A stretch of DNA of 50,723 nt, taken from positions 1 to 50,723 of the forward strand of contig CAZJOI010000004.1 in NCBI GenBank assembly GCA_964547585.1, in the 5' to 3' direction. The translations under genes and the position numbers were made by a program. Below the pieces are notes generated by a model. That model did no database searches. It worked only from the letters and a program-made list of their open reading frames with translations, and was not told the DNA's origin. This stretch comes from an uncultured Bdellovibrionales bacterium (GTDB lineage Bacteria; Patescibacteriota; Minisyncoccia; Moranbacterales; UBA2206). Shown one piece after another: positions 36,089 through 43,932 of this stretch. How positions within the stretch are numbered: position 1 is the first letter of the stretch; every line of letters starts with the position of its first letter.

Positions 36089-37048
36089 ATGAAAAAATTT
36101 ACGCAAGAATTCAATACGCTTAAATATGTAATTAATAACTCGGAAAAAGTTTTGCTTTTTGCACACTCTCATCCGGACGGAGATACTATTGGTTCTGTTC
36201 TGGCGCTCAGTGAATATATAAAATCATTGGGCAAAGAAATTGATGTGGCTTGCTTTGATCCATATCCTGAATCGTTTAATGTTTTTTTTCAAGAAACATT
36301 TAAATTTCCGGATCAATTGGACATTAAAAAATATAATTTGATTATTGCTTGCGATAGTGTGGAAAGGGGATTTCACAAAATCAAAGACAGGGTTAGCGAA
36401 AATCAAGTGGTGGCCCTAATCGATCATCATCCGGACATTACAATCAAAGGAGATATTAATATTATTGATGCAGATCTCTCTTCTGTTTGTGAAATTATCT
36501 ATGATTTTTTTGAATTCAATCAGATTAATGTCAGCAGAAAAATTTCTACTTTCTTGATGCTAGGTATTCTGGGTGATACAGGAATGTTTCAACATTCGAA
36601 TACCACTTCCAGAATTATGGAAATTTCTTCTGATTTAATGAAGAAGGGTGCGCTCATTACCAAAATTGTTGAATTTAATTCTGTTAATAAAACTATTTCG
36701 ACTTTAAAGCTTTGGGGCTTGGCTTTTGAAAAAGCTAAAATAAATCAAAACAGCGGAATGATTTCCACAGTTCTAACTAAAAAAGATTTGGATGAATGTG
36801 GAGCCAGTGAAGAAGACATCGCACATATCGTAGGAATACTTAATACTGTTCCTAATACTAAATTTGCTTTGGTTCTTTCGGAACGAGTTGATGGAACAAT
36901 TAAAGGCAGTTTGCGTAGCGAGGAATATAAAGGCGTGGATGTTTCAGCTGTTGCGGCTCAGTTTGGTGGTGGCGGCCATAAGCTAGCCAGTGGTTTCGAG
37001 ATTAAAGGAAAGATAGTCGAGACTGATGAGGGATGGGAAATAATTTAA
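36089..37048 (+). CDS. DHH/DHHA1-family phosphoesterase (NrnA-like)
   Basis: HSHPDGDTIGS, DHH (IDHHPD) and GGGGH motifs. The first ATG-like start MKKFTQEF is at 36089. Confidence 0.85.
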   Translation: MKKFTQEFNTLKYVINNSEKVLLFAHSHPDGDTIGSVLALSEYIKSLGKEIDVACFDPYPESFNVFFQETFKFPDQLDIKKYNLIIACDSVERGFHKIKDRVSENQVVALIDHHPDITIKGDINIIDADLSSVCEIIYDFFEFNQINVSRKISTFLMLGILGDTGMFQHSNTTSRIMEISSDLMKKGALITKIVEFNSVNKTISTLKLWGLAFEKAKINQNSGMISTVLTKKDLDECGASEEDIAHIVGILNTVPNTKFALVLSERVDGTIKGSLRSEEYKGVDVSAVAAQFGGGGHKLASGFEIKGKIVETDEGWEII

Positions 37049-37254
37049 AAATTTCTAATTAAGAATTTCTAATTTCTAATCAAATCCCAATTTATGAATG
37101 ATTAATGACTAAAAAATTTTAGATAATAAACAAGGCGCATTAGATATTTATTAGTAATTAGGTCAATTAGAAATTAGTAATTTGAGCATCTTCATTAATG
37201 GCAATCAGTATATATTATGGTAAAATTAAGCCATAAGGAATAATACTAAATCTT

Positions 37255-38076
37255 ATGAATGTGGGTTGCCACGTTTCCATTGCCGGTGGTGTGCAAAATG
37301 CTCCTGAAAGAGCAGCTAATCTTGGCTGTGAATGTTTTCAGATGTTTACTCGTTCGCCTCAAGGCGGCAAAGCCCCAGAATTAACCCCAGGAATTGTTAA
37401 AGATTTTAAAATACAAAATACTAAATACAAGATACAAAATACTTTTGTACATACCCCGTATTATATTAACTTTGCTTCAGCTAATAATCGCATTCGTTAC
37501 GGCAGCGTCAGTGTCGTGCGTGATGAACTGGAACGTGCAACACTACTTGGTGCCAAATATGTCATGACTCACTTAGGTAGCGGAGGTGAACTTTCGGAAA
37601 ATGATGCGACGGAAAAATGTGCCGAGATGCTCAAAAAAACTTTGGAAGGATATACTGGATCTGCAAAACTTTTGATTGAAAATAGTGCAGGGTCTGGAAA
37701 AATAATTGGCGCAACCTTTTTGCAAATTGCCGAAATAATAAAAAAGACAAACCATCCTGCACTGGTTGGAATTTGCATGGATACTCAACACTCTTTTGCA
37801 TCTGGATATGATTGGCGTGATTTTGAAAACACAATTAAAAAGATAGATTCTGAGATTGAAATTAATAAGATAAAACTCATTCATGCTAATGATTCAATGA
37901 CCGAACTCTCTTCATACAAAGATCGCCATGAACATATCGGCCAAGGAAAAATCGGCTCGGAAGCCTTCAAAAATATTGTTGCTTTTGCTAAAGAAAAAAA
38001 TATCGACATGATCCTCGAAACCGAACATGAAAAAGTCAAAGAAGATATCGAACTTTTGAAATCTTTAAGAAAATAA
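37255..38076 (+). CDS. nfo: Deoxyribonuclease IV (endonuclease IV)
   Basis: GCHVSIAGG...FQMFTRSPQGG...VHTPYYINFAS...THLGS...IENSAG...CMDTQHSFASGYD...HANDS are Nfo metal-site motifs. Confidence 0.92.
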   Translation: MNVGCHVSIAGGVQNAPERAANLGCECFQMFTRSPQGGKAPELTPGIVKDFKIQNTKYKIQNTFVHTPYYINFASANNRIRYGSVSVVRDELERATLLGAKYVMTHLGSGGELSENDATEKCAEMLKKTLEGYTGSAKLLIENSAGSGKIIGATFLQIAEIIKKTNHPALVGICMDTQHSFASGYDWRDFENTIKKIDSEIEINKIKLIHANDSMTELSSYKDRHEHIGQGKIGSEAFKNIVAFAKEKNIDMILETEHEKVKEDIELLKSLRK

Positions 38077-38079
38077 AAA

Positions 38080-38622
38080 ATGCAAATTGCAATTATTTCC
38101 GATGTCCACAATAACGAAGTTAACCTCAAAAAAGTTTTGAGTTATTGCGTGTCCCATAAAATAGAAAAGATAATTTGTTGTGGAGATTTGGCGTCGCTCG
38201 AAACTTTGGATTTTTTGAATGACAATTTTTCAGGAGAAATATTTTTTACTTTTGGAAATATGGACAATGATTTTCTGCGAAATAGTTCACTTGGACATTC
38301 AATGTCCAAGTACAAAAATACCAAGATATTCAAAGAGTTTGGCGAGGCGGAATTCCCGAAGGTTGAGCCTTCGGACGAAGGCTCAACCTTTATTAAGATA
38401 GCCTTTGTACACTTTCCGGAAGTGGCCAAGAAATTGTGCGAGACTGGAAAATACAAATTTGTTTTCTATGGACATACGCATAAGCCTTTCGAAGAAACTA
38501 TAAACAACTGCAAAATGCTGAACCCAGGGAATGTGGCTGGAGATATTTTCCCACCAACATTTGCAATTTGGAATACAGACAATGATGAGTTTGAATTAAT
38601 GAGAGTGCATAATTTAAAATGA
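38080..38622 (+). CDS. YfcE/MJ0936-family metallophosphoesterase
   Basis: IAIISDVHNN...CCGDL...GNMD...FVHFP...YGHTHKP. Confidence 0.85.
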   Translation: MQIAIISDVHNNEVNLKKVLSYCVSHKIEKIICCGDLASLETLDFLNDNFSGEIFFTFGNMDNDFLRNSSLGHSMSKYKNTKIFKEFGEAEFPKVEPSDEGSTFIKIAFVHFPEVAKKLCETGKYKFVFYGHTHKPFEETINNCKMLNPGNVAGDIFPPTFAIWNTDNDEFELMRVHNLK

Positions 38623-38623
38623 T

Positions 38624-39214
38624 ATGGAATCAAAACAAGAACAATTAAATAAGCTAAATGCAGAAATGAAAGCTTGTTCTCAGTGTACCTTGCGAGCTGG
38701 CTGTAATCAGGTTGTTCCCGGTGATGGCAGCGTCGAAGCCAAAATAATGTTTATTGGTGAAGGTCCAGGAAAAAAAGAAGATGAATTGGGAGTTCCATTT
38801 GTGGGAGCGGCGGGAAAATTTTTGGATGAAATGCTTTTATCCATAAAGCTCAAAAGAGAAGATGTCTACATCGCCAACACGGTCAAATGTCGTCCACCAC
38901 AAAATCGGGATCCTTTGCCAGAAGAAAAAGAAATTTGTTGGACATGGCTTTTGAAACAAATAAAAATAATTCAGCCGGAATTGATTGTGACATTGGGGCG
39001 CCACAGTATGGAAATATTTTTACCGAATTATAAAATATCTGAGATTCATGGAAGTGCAATGCGACGTAATTTTCCGGGTATTGGTAAACAGGTCTTTTTT
39101 GCTCTCTATCATCCAGCGGCCGCACTGTATAATGGATCAATGCGTGAAGTGCTTCTGAAAGATTTTAAAAAAATTCCCAAAGTCTTGGAATTAATTGAAA
39201 AAGATAAAAAATAG
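38624..39214 (+). CDS. Family 4 uracil-DNA glycosylase
   Basis: CSQCTLRAGCNQVVPGDG...IMFIGEGPGKKEDELGVPFVGAAGKFLD...NTVKCRPPQNRDP...HPAAALY. Confidence 0.9.
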   Translation: MESKQEQLNKLNAEMKACSQCTLRAGCNQVVPGDGSVEAKIMFIGEGPGKKEDELGVPFVGAAGKFLDEMLLSIKLKREDVYIANTVKCRPPQNRDPLPEEKEICWTWLLKQIKIIQPELIVTLGRHSMEIFLPNYKISEIHGSAMRRNFPGIGKQVFFALYHPAAALYNGSMREVLLKDFKKIPKVLELIEKDKK

Positions 39215-39233
39215 TAGTTGCATTATAAAAAAT

Positions 39234-39258
39234 AAAATCCCCTTTATCGGGGATTTTT
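39234..39258 (+). terminator. Rho-independent terminator after the UDG gene
   Basis: aaaatcccc-tttatc-ggggatttt followed by T(C)T. Perfect 9-bp stem. Confidence 0.6.
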
Positions 39259-39261
39259 CTG

Positions 39262-39345
39262 TGGGCGGAGAGGGACTCGAACCCTCATGCCATAAATGGC
39301 GCGACATTTTAAGTGTCGAATGTATACCAATTTCATCATCCGCCC
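39262..39345 (-). tRNA. tRNA-Leu(TAA)
   Basis: Reverse complement GGGCGGA..CGACA-CTTAAAA-TGTCG..long variable arm..GAGGG-TTCGAGT-CCCTC-TCCGCCC-A. Confidence 0.85.
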
Positions 39346-39349
39346 TTAA

Positions 39350-39823
39350 TTACTTTTTTCTATTTCGTCCTCTGTGTGTTGGCTTAAGACTATGACAGTT
39401 TGGACAAAGTACTCTTAAATTTTCAATTCTATTATCTCTGCTATTTCCGTTGATATGATCCAACTCTAGCGGCAATCTTCCATCTTTTGACTTTTGTTTC
39501 CAACCACATTCTTCGCAGTGCTGTGGCTTCAGTTTTGCTGCAAATAATCTTTTCTTTAATTTATAACTTTGAAAATAGCTATCTTTTTTTAAAATATCTT
39601 TTAATTCAATTCTTGGTTTTCCAATTCCTCGCAAACCCTTATTCCATCCCTGACCAGTAAAATGATTCGTGTTGATTTTATACTCCTTGATGTATTTATT
39701 AATCTGAGTATAATTACCTCCGGCCATTTTCAAATTTAAAAGCTTGAGAACTTGTCGGATACTTTTTGATTTTTTAACAGAAGTTCTGAGTTTGTTCTCA
39801 TCCCAGCTGCGGTTTTTATTCAT
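39350..39823 (-). CDS. Free-standing HNH endonuclease
   Basis: CEECGW...LELDHINGNSRDNRIENLRVLCPNCH is an HNH motif with CxxC pairs. It lies between two tRNA genes. Confidence 0.85.
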   Translation of the reverse strand: MNKNRSWDENKLRTSVKKSKSIRQVLKLLNLKMAGGNYTQINKYIKEYKINTNHFTGQGWNKGLRGIGKPRIELKDILKKDSYFQSYKLKKRLFAAKLKPQHCEECGWKQKSKDGRLPLELDHINGNSRDNRIENLRVLCPNCHSLKPTHRGRNRKK

Positions 39824-39889
39824 AGTGGTATACGCAATAAAATATACTTACTTTATGAGTATACCATTTTTAAACAAAAAGCAACAGTG

Positions 39890-39960
39890 AGGTCCGAAGC
39901 GGAATTGAACCGCTGTACAGGGTTTTGCAGACCCTTGCCTAACCGCTCGGCCATCGGACC
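39890..39960 (-). tRNA. tRNA-Cys(GCA)
   Basis: Reverse complement GGTCCGA..AGGGT-CTGCAAA-ACCCT..AGCGG-TTCAATT-CCGCT-TCGGACC-T. Confidence 0.85.
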
Positions 39961-40023
39961 AAAATATTACTATAACCAAGCTTAACAAAAATAGATTTAC
40001 TGGTCAATAAAATTAAGAAGCAC

Positions 40024-40056
40024 AAAAAAAGACTGCATTTGATTGCAGTCTTTTTT
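40024..40056 (-). terminator. Rho-independent (bidirectional-looking) terminator after the 3D-domain gene
   Basis: agactgca-tttgat-tgcagtct, flanked by an A-run and a T-run. Confidence 0.6.
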
Positions 40057-40058
40057 CT

Positions 40059-40613
40059 TTACTTCACAACTTCCGCTAAAAGAATTTTTCTTCCAAAAGA
40101 GAAGGCTTGTTTTTTGGTTTTCATATAGATATCAAAGTGGTTACCCTTGATCGCACCCCCACGATCTTCGCAGGTATAGGTTCCCATTCCATCGATTTTG
40201 ACCTTGGTTCCAAGGGCAAATTGTGGAGGGCAAGCCAAGGTCCTTTCTTCCATTACTTTGAGACCACTGGCTGTGATACCATCGCTTTTGCCACATTCAT
40301 CGGCAGCAGCGGTATAGGCAGAAGCATTGATTTCAAATTTTCCTTCTGGAAGATTGCCTTTAGCCTTTTTCTTATATCTAGCTAAAGCATCATCTCGAGA
40401 AGGCTTAACCGGCTCATAATCAGCAGATTTGTAGGGAGCACTGGCTAAAAGTATTGAATTTTCATATACTTCTCCATTTAAGATAATCTTATTGTCTTGT
40501 ATGTTTAGGTTTATTTTTGTTTCATCAGTAATGTTTTCAGCTGCCAAGACATTCTGAGGAACTGATAATACCAGCAGAATAGACAGCAATATCATCATAC
40601 CAATGATACGCAT
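40059..40613 (-). CDS. Secreted 3D-domain (MltA-like) cell-wall protein
   Basis: Signal peptide. The C-terminal ASAYTAAADECGKSDGITASG...LGTKVKIDGMGTYTCEDRGGAIKGNHFDIYM is the 3D-domain pattern. Confidence 0.8.
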   Translation of the reverse strand: MRIIGMMILLSILLVLSVPQNVLAAENITDETKINLNIQDNKIILNGEVYENSILLASAPYKSADYEPVKPSRDDALARYKKKAKGNLPEGKFEINASAYTAAADECGKSDGITASGLKVMEERTLACPPQFALGTKVKIDGMGTYTCEDRGGAIKGNHFDIYMKTKKQAFSFGRKILLAEVVK

Positions 40614-40848
40614 AAGTTACTTTTAATTGTTAATTTGCCCTTGTGAAAAGCTTTTTTTCACAATGACTAATTATTGTAGCAGACTTGGGTCGGGTTGTCA
40701 AAGGTAAACACCAAAAAATGGCTAAAACAAGCCATTATAATTTTAGCCGTCAGTGTCCCTTGGCTTAAATAAAGCAAAAAGATGCAAAATGCTAGTCCAA
40801 GTTAAAAAAACAAAAACAGCCCAATCAAAGGCCGTTTTTGCAACTTGG

Positions 40849-40997
40849 AGCTGTTTTTATGCGGAAGCTCGAACTTTTTTTGAAAAGAATTTTTGATTTT
40901 ACGCTCGGGCGGGCAAAAAGGGAAAGGGTCTGGGAAAAGGAATTTTTGCCCGCCCTCGCTTTCCGATTCCGATTTTTCCGCCGCCGCCGAATTTCGT
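40849..40997 (+). repeat. Island-terminal 149-nt repeat (A' arm), inverted copy at 43556-43704
   Basis: Hand alignment to the reverse complement of 43556-43704 gives 141/149 identical. It contains a 13-bp hairpin gggcgggcaaaaa/tttttgcccgccc (40907-40919 with 40943-40955). Confidence 0.9.
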
Positions 40998-41039
40998 GCC
41001 AATTTCATTGGCGCGCCGCCTAAAATTTATGCAAAAACA

Positions 41040-42218
41040 CTAGGCGTTTTTTTGGTTACAAATATTTTCTATAAAAATAATGAATTTTTGACTAATACTA
41101 AAACTTTCTTCAACTTCTTTCCTTTCAAATATTTTTCCTTCATGAGCGACATCATTTCTTCTTTTCCGGGCTATCTCACGCCATCTCTTGCATTCATCGC
41201 TCTCTTTTAGAAAACCTTCTTTCTTCGCTTTTAATGCATTTGTAATCAAACATTTTTCCAATTGGATAACCCTCTTATTTGTTGTTGAATATTCACTTTT
41301 ATAATCTTCAAATAAATCTGTAATCTCTTGATCATTTTTTCCATCATCTTTAAGAAATTTTCTAAGATGGAAACTAACAGTCATATCAACAGCTGTATCA
41401 AAATCTACTATTGCTGCTTGATAATCGGCACTCAAACTAATTCTTTCAAGTCCTGAAAGTAACATTCTTCTATACGGTCTTATTTCTGATCCAGAAAGGC
41501 ATTTAAGAAAAGATTCGTATTTTGAAATATCAATCATAGGCTCTTTAATATCAGTTTTAGATACCGAAGCATATCTTCCACGAAAAAGAGGGCTATCGTC
41601 TTTTTCGCTTTTATCACCTCTCATTGGATAAGAGATGAATTTACGCCGCTCCTTTTGAAGTTTAAATAAATTTTCCGTTGGATTATTTTTTTCAGTTTCA
41701 GAAAATTCACTTATGTAACACAATGTATAAAGTGAAAAATCATCCTCTATCGACAAGAATCTATTTCTTACGCTACCAATTTGTCTATATGCGGATAAAA
41801 ATTTATTAAAAAATGAATACATGCGATTGAATGCTTTATTGCACGCGCTATCATCATGTAGGCAAAATATATCATCTGTTACAAAAACAATCTCTATTTC
41901 AGAAAAAAACCAAGGATAAATTACATGACCACCTTCGCCAGCCACGATCTGCGTGACACCTCCGTTTTCTAAGACTAATTTAAGGTAAGCACTCTTATCT
42001 GAAAAGTGTAATTTTTCTAGAAATGAACTCTCGCCAGTTCTTTCTCTTTGAACATACCTTTTATCAAAAGATTGAATGCCTTCTTTACGAAAAATCTTAA
42101 CCAAAGCAACATCTTTTTTTGGGAAAAGTGTTACTGGATAATAAAAATTGGATGAAACTCCCAAATCGAAAGGATAATCAAAAACAAATTTAATTAATCC
42201 TGAGGTTTTTTTATCCAT
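41040..42218 (-). CDS. Hypothetical protein with a C-terminal HEPN-like Rx4H motif (candidate RNase/abortive-infection effector)
   Basis: C-terminal helical region ...YQAAIVDFDTAVDMTVSFHLRKFL...RWREIARKRRNDVAHEGKIFERKEV... contains R-N-D-V-A-H, the Rx4-6H motif in the RNxxxH form typical of HEPN. The first ATG is at 42218 (MDKKTSG); the ORF-track start is a TTG. Confidence 0.6.
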   Translation of the reverse strand: MDKKTSGLIKFVFDYPFDLGVSSNFYYPVTLFPKKDVALVKIFRKEGIQSFDKRYVQRERTGESSFLEKLHFSDKSAYLKLVLENGGVTQIVAGEGGHVIYPWFFSEIEIVFVTDDIFCLHDDSACNKAFNRMYSFFNKFLSAYRQIGSVRNRFLSIEDDFSLYTLCYISEFSETEKNNPTENLFKLQKERRKFISYPMRGDKSEKDDSPLFRGRYASVSKTDIKEPMIDISKYESFLKCLSGSEIRPYRRMLLSGLERISLSADYQAAIVDFDTAVDMTVSFHLRKFLKDDGKNDQEITDLFEDYKSEYSTTNKRVIQLEKCLITNALKAKKEGFLKESDECKRWREIARKRRNDVAHEGKIFERKEVEESFSISQKFIIFIENICNQKNA

Positions 42219-42228
42219 GTAAGAAAGC

Positions 42229-42540
42229 TTAGACAAGTAATAAAACAAAAAAGAATTTGGTTGCAAAGAAAGTTATAATAACGCTCAAAACGGTAATCAA
42301 AATGGAAATACTGGGAAATAATCGCTTTAGAATAAATAATGGCATCGCAATTAAAATGCTAGTAAGAAACAATCCTCCTATTAAAAATAAAGTTGCCCAT
42401 ATCCAACCACCAACATCACCGCTCACAGTAAATACCATATAAACATATGAAATAAAAAAGACCGCCATAATTAATTTGCTAAAAGAATTGGCTTTTGCAT
42501 TATAGTCTGGCTGGCTAGATATTTGTTGTAATTTATTCAT
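42229..42540 (-). CDS. Small 3-TM membrane protein
   Basis: 103 aa with three hydrophobic segments. It ends 10 nt upstream of the next gene. Confidence 0.6.
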   Translation of the reverse strand: MNKLQQISSQPDYNAKANSFSKLIMAVFFISYVYMVFTVSGDVGGWIWATLFLIGGLFLTSILIAMPLFILKRLFPSISILITVLSVIITFFATKFFFVLLLV

Positions 42541-42568
42541 ATTTTTTAGTTTTAGTAAAAATTGATCC

Positions 42569-43153
42569 TTATTTTATTCCGTCAATAGTGTCCGTCTGAT
42601 CCTTTTCAGCCAGAAGAACAGCGAGTTCATCAAATAATTGACGGTCTGTGTTAAGTAATTGATGCATGCTATTCATATTTTTTTCCACAATAGAAGCTAA
42701 AAAATAACGAAGAGGAGCAACTCCTTTTGTTACCTCTAACAAAATTCGCATTAAATCAAGGTTATTATATATATCTACATTATGCGCATAAAACTTATTG
42801 AATCCCCATGTGTATGGAAATGACTGGCAAAGAAACATTTTTGCATAACGACTTTCTTTTTCCCCCATTGATGGTATGAGAGCAACATAAGCATTACCTA
42901 TTAGTGCTAAGGGAACTCCAATAATTGAAGATAGTGGTCTTAAGATTTTTATTTTTTCATAAACATAAGATAGTCCAAGGAGTGGTCCTAAAAATATTAT
43001 TGTCCACACCGAGCTCATTAGCAAAAGTAAAAGTACTCCGATAATAGGTATGGAAACGAATAATCCTAAAATTAAAGTTGTCAGCATCTGAACAGGAACA
43101 ACAATAATTCCTGTAGCCCCCACGAGTATTCTTAAAATTTTGTTTGTAACCAT
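42569..43153 (-). CDS. Membrane protein (3-4 N-terminal TM segments plus a soluble C-terminal domain)
   Basis: 194-aa ORF starting 14 nt downstream of the XRE gene stop. Confidence 0.6.
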   Translation of the reverse strand: MVTNKILRILVGATGIIVVPVQMLTTLILGLFVSIPIIGVLLLLLMSSVWTIIFLGPLLGLSYVYEKIKILRPLSSIIGVPLALIGNAYVALIPSMGEKESRYAKMFLCQSFPYTWGFNKFYAHNVDIYNNLDLMRILLEVTKGVAPLRYFLASIVEKNMNSMHQLLNTDRQLFDELAVLLAEKDQTDTIDGIK

Positions 43154-43167
43154 GGCTTTTTAAAAAA

Positions 43168-43365
43168 TTATTTAATCAATTCATCAACACTAACTTCAAG
43201 CGCTTTGGAAATTTTTTTAAGCGTATCAAGTGTTGGATTTTGATTTTTTCCAGCTTCAATCTTGATAATTGTATTATTGGCAACATCGGCTAATCTTGCC
43301 AGTTTTTCTTGAGATAATCCTTTGGCTTCTCTAAGTTTCCTAAGTGTTTTTTGAATGTTTGACAT
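43168..43365 (-). CDS. XRE-family helix-turn-helix transcriptional regulator
   Basis: LRKLREAKGLSQEKLARLADVANNTIIKIEAGKNQNPTLDTLKKISKALEVSVDELI is the HTH_3 pattern. Confidence 0.9.
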   Translation of the reverse strand: MSNIQKTLRKLREAKGLSQEKLARLADVANNTIIKIEAGKNQNPTLDTLKKISKALEVSVDELIK

Positions 43366-43409
43366 ACTTATATTATAGTAGTAGAATTATATTATTAGTA
43401 CTATTTCCT

Positions 43410-43431
43410 TTCAGCTACTTTTCAGCTACTT
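43410..43431. promoter_or_regulatory. Perfect tandem 2 x 11-nt repeat (tcagctacttt) upstream of the XRE operon; candidate operator
   Basis: Read directly. On the minus strand a TATAAT lies 7 nt upstream of the XRE ATG (ACTACTATAATATAAGTATG), which suggests a leaderless or near-leaderless transcript. Confidence 0.4.
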
Positions 43432-43555
43432 TAATGCTACACCAAAAATCAAAAATAGCAAATACAAAAGGGAGTTATTTTGCGTTGTGTGCGCAAGGGC
43501 GGGCGGGGCAAACACAACCACATATGCCTTGGTGGCGCTTTTCGCAAAGCGAAAA

Positions 43556-43704
43556 ACGAAATTTGGCGGCGGCGGAAAAATCAGAATTTGAAAGCGAGGG
43601 CGGGCAAAAATTCCTTTTCCCAGACCCTTTCCCTTTTTGCCCGCCCGAGCGCAAAATCAAAAATCCTTTTCAAAAAAAGTTCGAGCTTCTGAATAAAAAC
43701 AGCT
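43556..43704 (-). repeat. Inverted internal copy of the island-terminal repeat (A' arm)
   Basis: See 40849-40997: about 95 % identity in reverse complement. Confidence 0.9.
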
Positions 43705-43878
43705 CATTTCGGAAAATCGCATTTTTGAAAGCGCGATTTTCCATTAGTTTAGGGCTTGAAAACTCACGATTTTGTTTTGGAGAGTCCAATTCATTTGAGC
43801 GAAGCTCAAATTTGAATAAAATTCAACAGCCGATTTTTTGCATTTTCGCCAAAGGCGAAATTTCCAAATTTTCAGAGT
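43702..43878 (-). pseudogene. Fossil of a serine-recombinase 3' end (inverted copy of 45261-45402)
   Basis: The reverse complement aligns to the live recombinase 3' end: the first 86 nt are 82/86 identical, then a 36-nt indel, then patchy identity. Translation gives SENLE..KIG..NWTLQNKIVSFQALN*WKIALSKMRFSEMS with in-frame stops. Confidence 0.7.
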
Positions 43879-43932
43879 AAAAAAAGCGCCAATTTTTGTC
43901 CAAAAGCAATTTTAATAATCAAAATAAATAAT

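Noticed and set aside
37411-37446. Internal repeat KIQNTKYKIQNT in nfo, suspected to be an inserted low-complexity element
   Set aside because: Compared with endonuclease IV proteins as I remember them, the segment replaces a variable loop of similar length before the conserved VH.PY.IN block. The frame and all metal-site motifs are intact.
38620-38626. Possible alternative genetic code (UGA recoded), as in some CPR lineages
   Set aside because: TGA terminates a well-defined gene exactly where the family ends (38620-38622), with the next gene starting 2 nt later. All recognised genes are intact under the standard bacterial code.
40802-41210. ORF-track ORFs 40802-41008(-), 40838-41023(+) and 40893-41210(+), plus their mirror images 43344-43880(+), 43475-43660(-) and 43480-43692(+), which share peptides such as MILRSGGQKGKGSGKRNFCPPSLS
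   Set aside because: They lie entirely within the 149-nt inverted repeats and the recombinase-3'-end fossil. The shared peptides are a by-product of DNA repeats read in arbitrary frames. They have no start context or coherent domains.
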